Assembly: GCA_026770705.1 (NCBI GenBank)
Contig: JANJGN010000034.1
Coordinates: forward strand, 5,208,001-5,272,000
Source of the DNA: Isurus oxyrinchus
Taxonomy: Eukaryota
DNA length: 64,000 bases
Direction: 5' to 3'
The position numbers and the translations under genes are program-made. The notes under the pieces were generated by a model. The model ran no database searches, had not been told where the DNA came from, and worked only from the letters and a program-made list of their open reading frames with translations. The first letter of the stretch is position 1, and every line of letters starts with the position of its first letter. This document shows, piece by piece, positions 14,223 through 26,769 of this stretch.

Positions 14223-15729
14223 TGCCTCATGTCCAGCTTTCACTGCACATTCGGGTAGATCAGAGGGTAGATTTAACAATGTGTTACAAAGTATAAACGT
14301 TGATAAATAATTCAAATGGAGATGGGTCCTTATTTCGTACAGGGTATACCCCAACATTGAGATTGGTTCACAAGTTAAAGACTTGTCCCTTGAAGGCCCA
14401 ATGACTCACGGAATGTCTGGCTTTAGTTTGCTAGGTCTTACATAAGAATAGAACAGGCCCATCTGTCAGGAATGCCAGCCTGCTTTACGAACTTGCTGAA
14501 GAAAATGATTTCACTCACTTGACCAAAACGTGTAGAGTAAATGAGATGTGATGTTTGACATGAGACCTGGAAATATTCAGAAAAACAAAGTTAAAAATCT
14601 GGTTTGCTTACAATGCCACGTGTTATTTGTTGGACTAATACATATTTGGAAGTGGTAAATTCATGGCCTTTCCTTCCCAGCAAAAATGAACAAGTGCAAA
14701 AAAGCTAACTTATTAACAAACATGTGCTATTCTTCTCTGCCAGAGGGTAATTTTTTGGAATGCAAAGAAAGTTAATAGTGAGGCTAAAATCACGAATATT
14801 CTACATGGATGCTGAGAGTGGCCTGTAGATGGTCCCCTCTTCCTATTGCACAGAAACAACAGTAATCTATTAGCGAACTTTTATCATTTATATTAAATAG
14901 AATTGTAAGATTTATTCCTCAGTGCCAAATGCATTTAAATCCCTGTTTCTTTCTTAAAACTCAAATCACAAAGGAGTATGCCATTTTGGCACATGTCAGA
15001 ATGGACAACAACAGTTTAGGGGAGATGAAATGAGTTTTTATTAGATATATAAGTATGGATGTGATCAATTAGCTTTAGGAACTCGATAAACTGCAAGGTT
15101 CTCCTCAAAGCAAATTGCGTAAAGGATAGTTATAATGCAATGCAGCTTAGTTTTTCCAAAAGATGCAAAAGATAGGTCGGGATTATTTTTCTGTTTTCCG
15201 AAAACGTGATTTTTTCAGATATCTAAAGGTCAGAATAAACATGGAGGAAAATATACATTCCAGTATGCCATTTACATGAAATATAATTTTTAAAAAATAA
15301 TGGGAATGTTGCAAGTTAAAGGCTTAAAAGGATGTTGCCTGGAAAATAAGTGTATAGTTTTCAGCCGTCCCGGTCCAAATCATCTTTAAATTTGTAACAC
15401 GCCAATATTTTTCCACAGTTTAATAATAAATAATACTTTCACGTTGCCGTGCAGAAGTAAAAGTGCCTTAGAATCACTTAGGAAATCATTGCTGCTTCAT
15501 GATTGACTTCCTACGCATGTAGATATCATCCCCCTTGTTTTTTTTATGAAACACAACTTAGTGCACCATTAGGCTGGGCAGTCTGTTTTGCATGAAGGTT
15601 TTCACATGAGATGGCATAGCTTATCGACGAATTGAAACATTTTTTTCTTGCTTACTGTCATGTCTTCTGCGTCAATTGCTCGCAGTCAAAGCAATCTGAC
15701 AAAAACAATGTTTTCAATTATGCTTTCAG

Positions 15730-15750
15730 AAAAACTCAAGCTCCAAAAAG
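15730..15750 (+). CDS. 21-nt heptad microexon, EKLKLQK
   Basis: gttttcaattatgctttcag|AAAAACTCAAGCTCCAAAAAG|gtacat. The donor is weaker than the others, but length, phase and terminal G match. Confidence 0.6.
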
Positions 15751-16204
15751 GTACATCATGGATAAAATTCTGTGCTGGTCACTATTATATGCGAGAACAA
15801 AATGACAGAATAGTTAAGTAAGTCAGATTGCTTCATGTTCTATACTTAAAGTAGCAATTTCACTTTTGATGTGACATACTTTTGATCCACTAACTTTCGC
15901 TTGAACTCCAATAATGCAATATTGGTCCAGTTTTTCGTTATATTTGAGGATGGAGTCCGATCTCTTATCGCGGGTGCATAAATGGTTGACAAGATCACGC
16001 TCGGGGGAACAAATTAGTTACGTAGTAATAGTGAATATGCTTGAAGTTTTTAATCGAAGAAGGATACTGAATGGAAGATTCAAGACCGAGTTCTAGAACT
16101 ATGATTTTTTTTCGATCACTGCAAATTCTCTCCTAATTGGACAGTGATGTTAATCCAGAGGAACAGATTCCACCAAATTTTGAAAAGAACCAGGAGATTC
16201 ATGC

Positions 16205-16332
16205 TATTATTCTTATTATTTTTATTAATAGTATTATATATATTTTAGTATGAGCATTACCATCAGCAGCAGCAGCACAATTTTCATCATCATCATCGTC
16301 ATCATTATCATCATCATCACCAGAATCACCAT
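16205..16332. repeat. Compound degenerate microsatellite (TAT)n/(CAG)n/(CAT)n
   Basis: tattattcttattatttttatt...cagcagcagcagca...catcatcatcatcgtcatcattatcatcatcatcac. Confidence 0.85.
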
Positions 16333-17329
16333 TCGTAGAATTAGTCATAGTATTAGTAAAATTCCTCTAAAGCAGTGACGCTTTCCTGTATCTAACAGGC
16401 AGATTATTCCTGGGGAACAGTAAAGTGACTAATGGAAAGGGAGGAAGAAGATCTCATAATTGACTGCCAAGATTAATTACAGTGAAGATCCCAGAAATGT
16501 GGGTTTGCTACTTCTCTTTGAAATTAAGGAATGCCTACTTAGCCTAAAAAACATTGTTAGCCCTTAACCCTCTGATATAATGAACAGCTGGAAAAATTCA
16601 AAAAAATTCAACAAGAAATAAATTGCTTCAAAACACTAGGGATGTTATCAAATAAATTTAGAAAAGGTTACAATAAAGTGCTGAAACTGTGAAACTCGCT
16701 ACCTTAAGGAATAATGGCAGGCAAGTGTGTGAAAACGTTTACAGCTTGACTCGCCAAGCATTTGGTAACATTGGAATTGAGAGTAATGAAGAATGACTTC
16801 GATGACGAAAGACTGGTTGAGGCCTGAAGGCAGCCCGAACGCTGACACATGTTTAGGCATGCTTTTGACCTCTGCTTATGGTATGGACAACGAAATCAGT
16901 ATTATTTCAAGGAATAAAATAAAAATTGATGCTTACTTCAAGCCCATAGTTCATTGACCGAGACAGGAAAGGTGCGTAGGGTTATTTGGATATTTCTTTT
17001 GTTGAATAGACAAGCAGAAACCTGCTGGGAACAGCGGTGAAGTTCAGTTATACTTGTTAACGATGGTAATCATTTGGTTTTACTGAGGCCACGATTCATG
17101 TCACTCCAGACAAAGAGTAATCAATTAGGTTCTATACTGCCCACTCAAACGACAGGAAAAGACAACATCACAATCTGAGGCCTCTAAACGTTGAGCAAAA
17201 AGGTGCTATCCTTCCTAACCAATGTTGTCACCAATTAATGCATTTAATAACAATGAATGTTGGTACTATTATCTTTGTGGGATTTTGCCCATTTTAATAT
17301 TTTAGCGTTTAGATCTTAAGAAATGAGCA

Positions 17330-18360
17330 GAGCAGGGAGGTGAAGAGAAGTCCTCAATTGCAGAACGGAGATGTAAAGAGTGAGCCTTCAGTGAACAGAG
17401 CGGGGCAGTAAAGAACGAGTCTTCACTAATCAGAGCAGGGCTTACAGTTAATGAAATAGTCTTTCAATTAAAAACATATCAAAAGCATGGCAAGGGAGCT
17501 CAGCCCAGTACAGCATTTGGGAATTCTAATAAATTCCTTGTTACATTTGCAGGATGCGGCACCCAGTTTTCCAGTTGGAGCAACGAGTACGGGAGCTTGA
17601 GAGTCAGCCAGAAACACAGCCCTGCATCCGTGAGGCTTAGGGTTACATGGAAATCAAATTTTTAGCCATGGTCACTTTGCAGTTTAAAGAAGTACAGTAA
17701 GAGAGGGAATGAGTGACAACAATCCAGAAGACGGGAGGCTTGCAGGTAGTCAGGAAAACCCATACGTTACGCTCAGACAATAAATGTTTTTTTTTTTCTC
17801 TCTATCTTGAAAAACGGAGAGGTTGAAGTTGCCTCTAGAGTATACAGGCCGAGCCATGTTCGCGGTATAATGGGTGTCTCAGCAGCAAAAGGGAGAATGA
17901 CTATGTGTGCAAGAGCAATAATAGTAGGAGGTCCAATAGTGAGGGGTGCAGGCAGGTGCTTCTGCGAACGTAGGCATGACTCCAGGATAGTGTCTTGCCT
18001 ACCTAGTGCCAGAGTCAAGGATGTAAAGAAGAGCTGCAGGGCATTCTAAAGGTGGAGGATGAATGGTCAGATCCGTGATTCACGGTGGTACCATAGAGAT
18101 AAGTAAAAAGAAAAATGAGGTCCTGCAACACGGATTTAGGCACTTGTAACAGATTAAAAAGAAAAATTCCAAAGGTTGTAAAATTTGAATTATTCCCTGT
18201 GTCATTTGGTATTGATTATAGGATTAGGAGGATAGAGAGAATGCGTGAATGACTGAGGAGATGACGAAGGAGGCAGGACTCCAATTTCCTTTATTACTGG
18301 GTCAGTTTCAGGTGAAGTTGGGGTCAATAAAAGTCCGACATGTTGCACCTGAACTGGGCC
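17330..18360 (+). mobile_element. Degenerate CR1 LINE 5' region (ORF1 SGNH/GDSL esterase-like remnant)
   Basis: ORF 17807-18049 reads ARAIIVGGPIVRG...SRIVSCLPSARVKDV, matching the CR1 ORF1 pattern VIGDSIVRG...VCCLPGARVxDV. Stops and frameshifts are present. Confidence 0.8.
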
Positions 18361-18892
18361 TTTTTTTTCCAGCCGCCCTTAAATTTTTACCATTTTTCGT
18401 TATGTTTTAACCACTCGTCCATTTTTTTTTACCCTTCAGTGTAATTAGTTCCAAAGCACGAGGAAAAGGCATTGCATCCTTTATTAGGTTCAGTACTAAT
18501 CAAATGCATTGGTCGTGATCTGTGTTAATTAGCATTCAGAGTACCGTTTCAAAACCATGCCGAAGCTCTATTGGTAATACACAATATGTGTTACTAAAAC
18601 CATACTGCTGAGATAATAATGCATCCAATTCCACAGACCATTAGAGTTGTTATTCCTCTCTCCAGTTTATTCCGTTCAAGCTCTTATGCTAGACACTTTG
18701 CTTTCCCTTTCTGATATATAAGTGGTATTGATTACTTTGTGTCTTGTAAGTCGTTCACTGTTTGACTTGAGATGTGTGCATACTTTATGCAGTTAAGTTG
18801 GAAATTCGACAGTACTTTTATTGGCATGTGTTAAATGTTACGCCCAATTTGAATATGACAGCATTAATTGTGCTTTCTATCATTTCTGACAG

Positions 18893-18913
18893 AACTTGAC
18901 AAGTGCCAAGACG
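18893..18913 (+). CDS. 21-nt heptad microexon, ELDKCQD
   Basis: cattaattgtgctttctatcatttctgacag|AACTTGACAAGTGCCAAGACG|gtaagc. Confidence 0.85.
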
Positions 18914-20576
18914 GTAAGCTCGAGAGCAAAATCATTGCCATCTTATTTGGAAAATTATCGAAATCGGAACGTGATGGAAATTTGGAACAAAGCTAAGGTA
19001 ACGAATATACTTTGTGGTTTTTGGCCTACTCTGCAGATACTCATGTTTGGCTATAGAACAGTGTTGGCAGAATGCCATTCCCAATCTCCACCCTAAGGTT
19101 GAAGTCACATTACAAGATTCCTCCCTCGATGCAGAATGAATGTCACCCATAGATTTTCCTCTGACCTCAAATAATAAAATTTCGATTAAATTTGGTTCAG
19201 ATTGTCACAAATTATTCCAAACGTTTCTACTAGGTGTGGGGGAGCTTCATTAAAGTATGGTTATGCTGGTGATCATTTACGTACTGTTATCTTCAAAATG
19301 GGATGACTTAAGGTTTCAATCGGTTGCTCAAAAGTTGCAGAAAATAGATTAGGTTATTTTTTTTTCCTTTATAATTTCGTGATCCGTTCAGATTTCTGTT
19401 CTTCAGAAAAAATGTCGGAATGCAATCATTCCTTCACGGTGTATAACAAGAAAAACTTATTTTTCACATGGGATTGGAATTCATTAAAGGGATAAGTGGA
19501 TGCTACAGGGCATTTAATACTTCCTTTACAGGAGGGTAAGCAAAAGCTGGATATCATATATCATGAAACGTTGAGCTGGTGGGTGTGAACGTTCAAGGGA
19601 GATCTGGAGAGAGATTCTGAAAGAAATATGGTAGCTGGTTAAACAGGTGACAATGGAGAAATAATGGTACATGCTGTGGGGTAGATAAATAAAAGAAAAA
19701 ACAAAAAAAAAGAAGTTCCAAGAGCAAGGGAAACTGCTTAAAACTGAACTGTTCTGTCCAAACATCAAACCAACCATTGTGAGCACCTGAGGCGATTGGT
19801 GTGAACAATTAATGCACTGCTTACCACGTAGTGGTGCTTCATGCAAATGAATATCAATATTAATGCACGATTGTGGTCTTCCACTTTCGGATTTCCCTAT
19901 ATTCCCATGCCATAGTGCTCAGGGTCTTAACTGCTGAATAAATGGTTTAAGGGCCTACATTTGCTGAGGAGATAATGCAGCAATTCTCATCTCAACTGTT
20001 TTCTTTTTGTTGTTTTTATAACCGACTTTTTCAGGTTGTTTCTTGAATCATTCACCTTTCATAGAGCTTTTGCCCTTCTTTCCCATCAGTCATAGAATTT
20101 AATTTCTATGTGCGCTGGTGCCTCTATTCCTCCATTAACACATCTGTGAAACGAATATGAGGCTTTGCTAATTTAAAGCCTGTATATATTGTCAATTCTT
20201 AACTATACTTGTGCAATTATATAACAGCCATCACTGTCTGCAGTCTATAGAAATGAGAATGCAAACTAAGCAGACCGCTTCGAAAAAGCATTGATTGGTT
20301 AATGGCGCACATAAATCCGCAATATTCCCATTTCATTGAATCATCTTTCGCAATTTCATGAATTGGGATGTTGAAGAGTGAAATGCTTAACTGTTTTACA
20401 TTACATTACTCTTAATTTTCAAGCTGATGAGTGGAAGCTGCCCTCCTGCACAGTCTGTTTGCGATGAGCTGGCAAAAACGCTTGTTGACTGTAGGATTGT
20501 TTAGTAGTCTTGGCGTCACTTAACTCTGTTAAATTTTGCATAACCAATTAATGTTTTTTTTTTGTTTTCCTTGCAG

Positions 20577-20597
20577 TATCAGAGATGTTTGAGAATG
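20577..20597 (+). CDS. 21-nt heptad microexon, VSEMFEN
   Basis: attaatg, a long T run, then gttttccttgcag|TATCAGAGATGTTTGAGAATG|gtaaga. Confidence 0.85.
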
Positions 20598-23500
20598 GTA
20601 AGACAGGAACAAAATGTATCGTGATACAAAATCTCTAGTCCGCAACATGGTTAAAATCGAATGGGAAAAACTATTTGAGGGGAATAACGTCAATGACAAA
20701 CCTCCAAAATCATTAACTAGCAGTGCAGCGGCTTGATTTTTAATAGCATGAGGAGTGAGAGACACGAATTGTTATTATTTATCCAAGAAATGTTCCCAGT
20801 ACCAAAAAGACAACCCGTTCATTTCAATGCACTGATATCTCACGAGAAGTGCACAGTGACAGGAACTGTTTACATGCGGCACAGAACCCAGGTGAAGTTT
20901 GAGAGAAAAGTGAAGAATGAAGATAGACCATCGTCAAGACTCTTCTGAAAGCTTCACAAAATTTCACAAGACAAATGACAAATAGGTGCAGCTCCAGCAA
21001 GGGAATATATGCTGCAGTAATTGCAAATTCATCGCCAGGATGGCCACAACCTCATATGTTTCCTGACAATCGGTGCGACAAATTTCCTAAATTTTACTCC
21101 ATAGTGTACAGTGTGCGTTCATGTAACGTATGAATTCGTTCTCCTCAATGTGGTACCATTACCATCTTCCAACGATGCAAAACAGGGCAATGGCCTATCA
21201 GCACCATCCCCTGGGGTTGTCCCACGAAAGTACCCAGAAGGTGCGCTGAAGGACGCCTCGGGAATCCCCGATAACTACCCGGGAAAGTAAAACTTGCATC
21301 GGAAAAATATCCTCCCAAACCTCTTAAGCTGTGATAGGAAGTGGGAGACGTTGGAGTATTTCAACTTTGTAATAAGAATAGCTATCCAGCAACAGTTTTA
21401 AGGGTCAAAACCATTTTTCCTCCTCGAAAGGGCACTTCATGAAATAGTCCAGCGACTCAGAAATCAGCCGCATAACTAACCATATAAGCTAAACCTTCAA
21501 CCATGTAAGTATGCGTCCGACATGGAGAATTTGTCCCCATGAGAGCTCCTCAAAACCCCAGTGTACTCCACCAATCTTCAGACCACCAAAGCACTGCCCT
21601 CTCTTAACACAAGGTCCCCCACACCATGACAACCCGAGTGTGGCCCCCACCCCAATATACCCAAGACACCCAGAAACGATGTCTCACTCCCAACCACGAC
21701 AACCACAAACGTCTGGCGACACAAACTCTGAGAAATGGGATCGAGAGGATGTGCCCTAATTGAAGAAATTAATCTTGTGAGACATTTTGTTAAAACTGGC
21801 ACAGAGATCTTCTCGACTTCGGGAACAAATATTGATATACTTGGAGTCGAAATATGGAACATCAACATAATATTTTCACCTAGGATACAAATGGGGAAGT
21901 CACACAGAATATATTCATCCAGCACGGGTTCACAGTGTGCACTGCATTGTCTAAGGTTGTAGTTGAATTTGGAATAATTTAAGAAATTAAGGGCTAATAT
22001 GAATAATTGCCAAAATAATGAATGTTGCAAACTAGTTTGTGCACGGCATAAGCTATGGTTTGTGATGCCTGGGACTGCTGACCTCTTCCTGAGCAGTATG
22101 CCAAGAGAACAGGCAATATTTTGAGTCACAGAGGAGAAATATTAATTAATACTCATAAAACAACTTTGAATAGGAAAAACACAAACAGAGGGAAAAAAAA
22201 TAACAGGTCCAATGAGCAAGGAGATGCATAACATCAGGAAATTCGCGGAAGGGCTTTATCTGATCATAAAAGTTTTATCAATCTCGGAATCCTTGCATGG
22301 AAAGCGCTCGCATAGAGTGAGAACATAGAACTAAAATGCTGATTGATTCACTGATGATCATAAACCACAGAAATTAACTCTCCTGACATAGCCTGGATTA
22401 ATTTGGCTCCCAAACCATAGCAGACTTGCTGATTCTGACTCAATGCCATAAATGACCATGTTAAATAAACGTTTTAATTCATAAATTGGTAGGGGGTGTT
22501 GGAGTGGTCGGGAGGGGCGGGTGGTGGTCCTGTGGCTCAAGGTCACAAACATCATCGAAGAAAGAATATGCTACTGAGCACAAAATTTGCTCTTTACATG
22601 GATCGCAACCCCCTGTGAATCATTACATCTTCAGAAAATGCATCATACCTTTCCTAGCCTCTTGGTCTTTCGCGCTTTAATAGATTCCTTTTCATCTTCA
22701 GGGTCATCAGATTCATACTGTTATTCTCTATCTGACCTCCTCTCCCAAAAGAGTCCCATTTTCAAGCTGCCATTAAATTTCTCCTGTCGCATTAATATTT
22801 ATTTGCCACTATGATCCTTCTGTTGCTCATTGTAAATGTTTGGAATGGAGATTGCATTGGTTTAATACGTTAAAGGTTCATTTATATTTCAATTAGCTTT
22901 CCGTCCATATCTTAATTATCAATCAGGAAACGGGTCAGCAAACCAAAACTAAACTTGGAAACTGCTTGTTTCGGCAAATACACAACAGCTTCTGCTGGCG
23001 TAATGTAGGGTATGAGTAATTATGTATCAAGTTGCACAGATTGTATAATCTATGATTCGTCTATCTGCCACTTTATTCCCTTCGAAAAATAGTACCTGAA
23101 ACATTGCATTCCCCTGGTAATATATGGCTTGTAATTGAGTACCAAATGGTTTCAAACTGGTTATCTGCTTGAAATGATATATCTAAATATTCGTTACAAC
23201 TAAGGTATAAATTTGTTCCTAGTTTCACAAGTGTGTGAGGATTTCATTTTCTCAGAAAATAAATTAGGCTGGATTAATTGAGTTTTCTACTCATTCTGAA
23301 TGGACTTTAAATTAGTTTTGACGATAAGAACGAGGGGCAGATGTTTGTAGTTCAATGTGCAAGATGGGCAAATCTGGAGTTCATTAGTAATTTAAAATAA
23401 GACTGATTGACGAATACATTACATGGTTGGTGGTCGTGGACAGGGAATAGTCGTCATTCAATCAAACACAGTGCTGACAATACGTTATTGAGAAAAACTT

Positions 23501-25363
23501 GAAGAAGTTGTTTAGCCAAAGGTAGTATGGGGGGAAAAGAGAGGACATGAGTGAAGCACTTGATCAGGTTCAACTGGCCGCATCTCGACAATTATGACAT
23601 TGACCTTCTGCACGAACAAATCCAAGTTCATATCCGAGCCACCAAGCAACGTGGCCAGAAACCTGATCACCGTTCTTTTCACTGGCATTGGGTCAAACCT
23701 ACTAAAGCATGCTCCCAGGTGCACCTTGTGCCTTCCTACTAGAATATATTCACGAATTTGTTGGTGATGCCCCCGAAATGTATGTAAGGTTTGATCTTCC
23801 CTTGGTAATTAGCCTGCGATCGAAACTTTGGCTTAAAGTTCGATGGTGCCAAAGGGAATAAGAATTTGTGCCTTAATAGGAGAATTTTAATACATGAAAT
23901 CTTTTCTCAGACTGCAAACAGCGAGATTGTTGGCACTGAGGCCATGCATTTGGATGATGTGGAGAGGAAATATAATGCTCCAAAATAAGATAATCACAAC
24001 GAACTCAAATGGAGAAGTCAGGCGTAATGTTGCTACCTAGAGAGGGCCAGTACTTCAATATATTACCCAAGAGGGCAGTTGAAGTCAAAATATTCAAAGT
24101 ATTATGCGATAATGTGCTAAGGGATGCATGTTCGAAAGAGGCTCTAGCAGTGCATTTGCCGTGACATGGAATGTTTTTTTCTAATGGCCTGTTTCTATAA
24201 GATATACCAAGCAACTCCTTTGGATAGCTGGTTCAACTTATAATGCAGTTGATCAATACAATTTTGAAAAAAAAATTATTGAAGGGGTCATGATTTCTGA
24301 GGGCAGGGTCAAAAATGACCCTGTGCTGCACCGCCTCATTCTGTATAAAAAATGGTATTTCAACATGGCAAACTTGGCCTGTTACTGGATAGCTCTTACA
24401 CAGACTCAGGGTAGACCCGCCTGTAGCAAAATCCAGTCTCCTTCACTAATATTCATGAATTCACAGCCCCCAGCTAGTCTGATACACTTTGCTCCAAAGC
24501 CATATCACGTTGATCCTGTCTTAATGTCGTTAACGAAGGAGTTGACTACGCAGGTCTTCTTCAGTATCTTCAGAAGTGCAGAACTCAAGTATCATAAAAT
24601 AAAATCTTAGCGTTGAGCAAGAAATAAGGCCTTCAAAACGCTACAGCATCCTGTGCATTAGAATAATTAAAAAAAAAACATGTTCTTGCTAAATTAGACT
24701 TTGGACATCTTTGGCCTAAACAACTCTGTTGCCAACTCAAGGTCCCTTAGATGTGCACCGTTTTCCCATAAAAAGTGCTCAATCTCCAAAACGTTGCATT
24801 TCCATGGTCCCTGCTAAATTTTGCTCTTCGATAATTGTTTGGTCATTTGACCGTTTTTTTTCTTCTTTACTGCAACATTTTTTAAAATAACTGCACATGT
24901 TAATGGCTTTGATAAGTGTCAATACGTGAGGTTGCCTACCAACCAAATGCATTATCTTTGATCAGTCTTCGATTATTATTCGGAGCACCATCACCAAATG
25001 ATCCCTAAGCATGCAATCAATTTGTATCGGCAAATTTATAATACCTATCGCTAGCCTAATATATTGCAGAGGTAATAATTTATCCAATTGTGCAGATTAT
25101 CAAAATTGTGATTCCGGTATCTGGCATCTTATTCCCGTCAATCCCTTAAGTCTGAATTCTGGCTTTCTCTTGGTGACATACAATGTTACTTGATAAACAT
25201 TTTGCTTGCAACCGGTTGGCAGCTTTGCATGAGATCTCATCATATATCACAATCTAAGTTGCATGTTCTGATTTTCTTTCATGGGGACGAGTTTTCTCTT
25301 CCCTCTCGCATCGGAAAAAAAATCCTTATGCAACATTAATTGCATTTTCTCTAATCCTGACAG

Positions 25364-25384
25364 CACAAAAGCATTGCATAGCCG
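25364..25384 (+). CDS. 21-nt heptad microexon, AQKHCIA
   Basis: cattaattgcattttctctaatcctgacag|CACAAAAGCATTGCATAGCCG|gtaagc. Confidence 0.85.
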
Positions 25385-25883
25385 GTAAGCACACACTAAG
25401 AATGATTGTATTCTGTGTGGAAGAGGACATAATTTGCAGCGTCATTGTAATTTAAAGCAAACCTAAAATCACGAATGTATTGCACGGGCGGTAGGCGAGC
25501 GATGTGCATGGTCAGCTTTCGCTATAACAAAGGGTTGTAAGTACACTTTTAGGAAACTTGAGAGTTAGGTTTAAATAACATTGTTTGACGGCATTTTTGA
25601 CAAAAACGCACGCCATTCTAGGTCTTTGCTCTGAACTCAAGAGTTAAAGTTCCGTTGACAAATTGGCATAGCTTCCCATACTTAACCACAATCCTGTCGA
25701 GAGGGTGACGAGATGTGTTAATAGAATAGTGCTTTCATGGGCAACATTTACCATTGGTTGATAGGATTAACTGCAAGCGTTCTCATCAAGCATTATGATA
25801 TAAAGAGCATATTTATGTTCCATTCTGTGATTGGTTTCTGGCTTCGCTGGCTAGGCCAATATTTATTGGCCATCCTCAATCCA

Positions 25884-26520
25884 AAGAATCACATGATCAC
25901 AGAGTGCGGAGGAAGCCATCTGGTCCATCAAGACTGCGCCGACACGTCAGAAATAACTGGCCCACGTACCTAATTCCATTTAACAGCACTTGTCCCATAG
26001 CCATGAATGTTATTACTTGCCAAGTGCTCCTCCAGGCACCTTTTTAAGGTTGTGAGGCAACCCGCCTCCAACACCTTCGCAGACAGTGCATTCAGACCAC
26101 CATCAGCCTCTGGGTTAAAACCCTTTTCCTCACATCGCCCCTAAACATTCATGCCCCTCACCTTGAACTTGTAAGTCCATAACAACATAAGACATACCAG
26201 CAGAAATTAGGCCATTCGACAGGACGACTCTGCTCCATCATTCAATCAGGGCTGATTAGTTTCTCAACCACATTTTCCTGCCTTCTCCCCGTAAACTTTG
26301 ATCCCCTTATGACCGCTCGTGACTGACGCTTCAACTAAGGGGAACAGCTGCTCCCCATTACCCTGTCTGTGTCTGTCATAATCTCGTACACATCGGTCAG
26401 ATCGCCCCTTGGTCTTCTATGCTCCAAAGAAAATAACACAATTCTACAAAACCTGTCTTTATATCTTAAATGTTTCATCCCAGTCAGCATCCTGGTGAAT
26501 CTCCCCTGCACCCCCTCCAG
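25884..26520 (-). mobile_element. CR1-type LINE 3' fragment with a second CR1 3' end nested at ~26177-26310
   Basis: Two reverse-complement CR1 tails: aagaatcacatgatcacagagtgcggaggaagccat and cataacaacataagacataccagcagaaattaggccattcg. Confidence 0.7.
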
Positions 26521-26765
26521 TGATCTTGAAAAGTTGGTCGTGAGCTGCCTGGTTGAAGAACTGCTATCACTATGGTGTGGAAAAACCTACAGTGATGTTA
26601 GAAAGTGAGTAACAAAATTTCACAGAGCAAAAGTGAGGAATTGTGGTTTAGTTCCGAGTCATGACAGCCTGTAGCTTGGAGGCAAAATTCCAGAGAGTGG
26701 CTCCCCATGCATCTGTTGTGGTGCCCTTTCAGTTGCTTGAGGGTGCGGAATTGGAAGAGTGCAGT
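26520..26765 (-). mobile_element. CR1/L2-clade LINE fragment, left part of the host interrupted by the Harbinger element
   Basis: agcttggaggcaaaattccagagagtggctccccatgcatctg appears to continue colinearly in the LINE fragment at ~31410-31930. Confidence 0.55.
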
Positions 26766-26769
26766 TGTA

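Noticed and set aside
16399-16419. AG-21nt-GT candidate encoding GRLFLGN
   Set aside because: Weak donor (ACA|gtaaag), ends in A rather than G, and the peptide is not heptad-like.
19509-19535. Strong donor GAGG|gtaagc with a 27-nt or 4-nt upstream exon option
   Set aside because: The 27-nt option has no pyrimidine tract and the 4-nt option breaks the frame.
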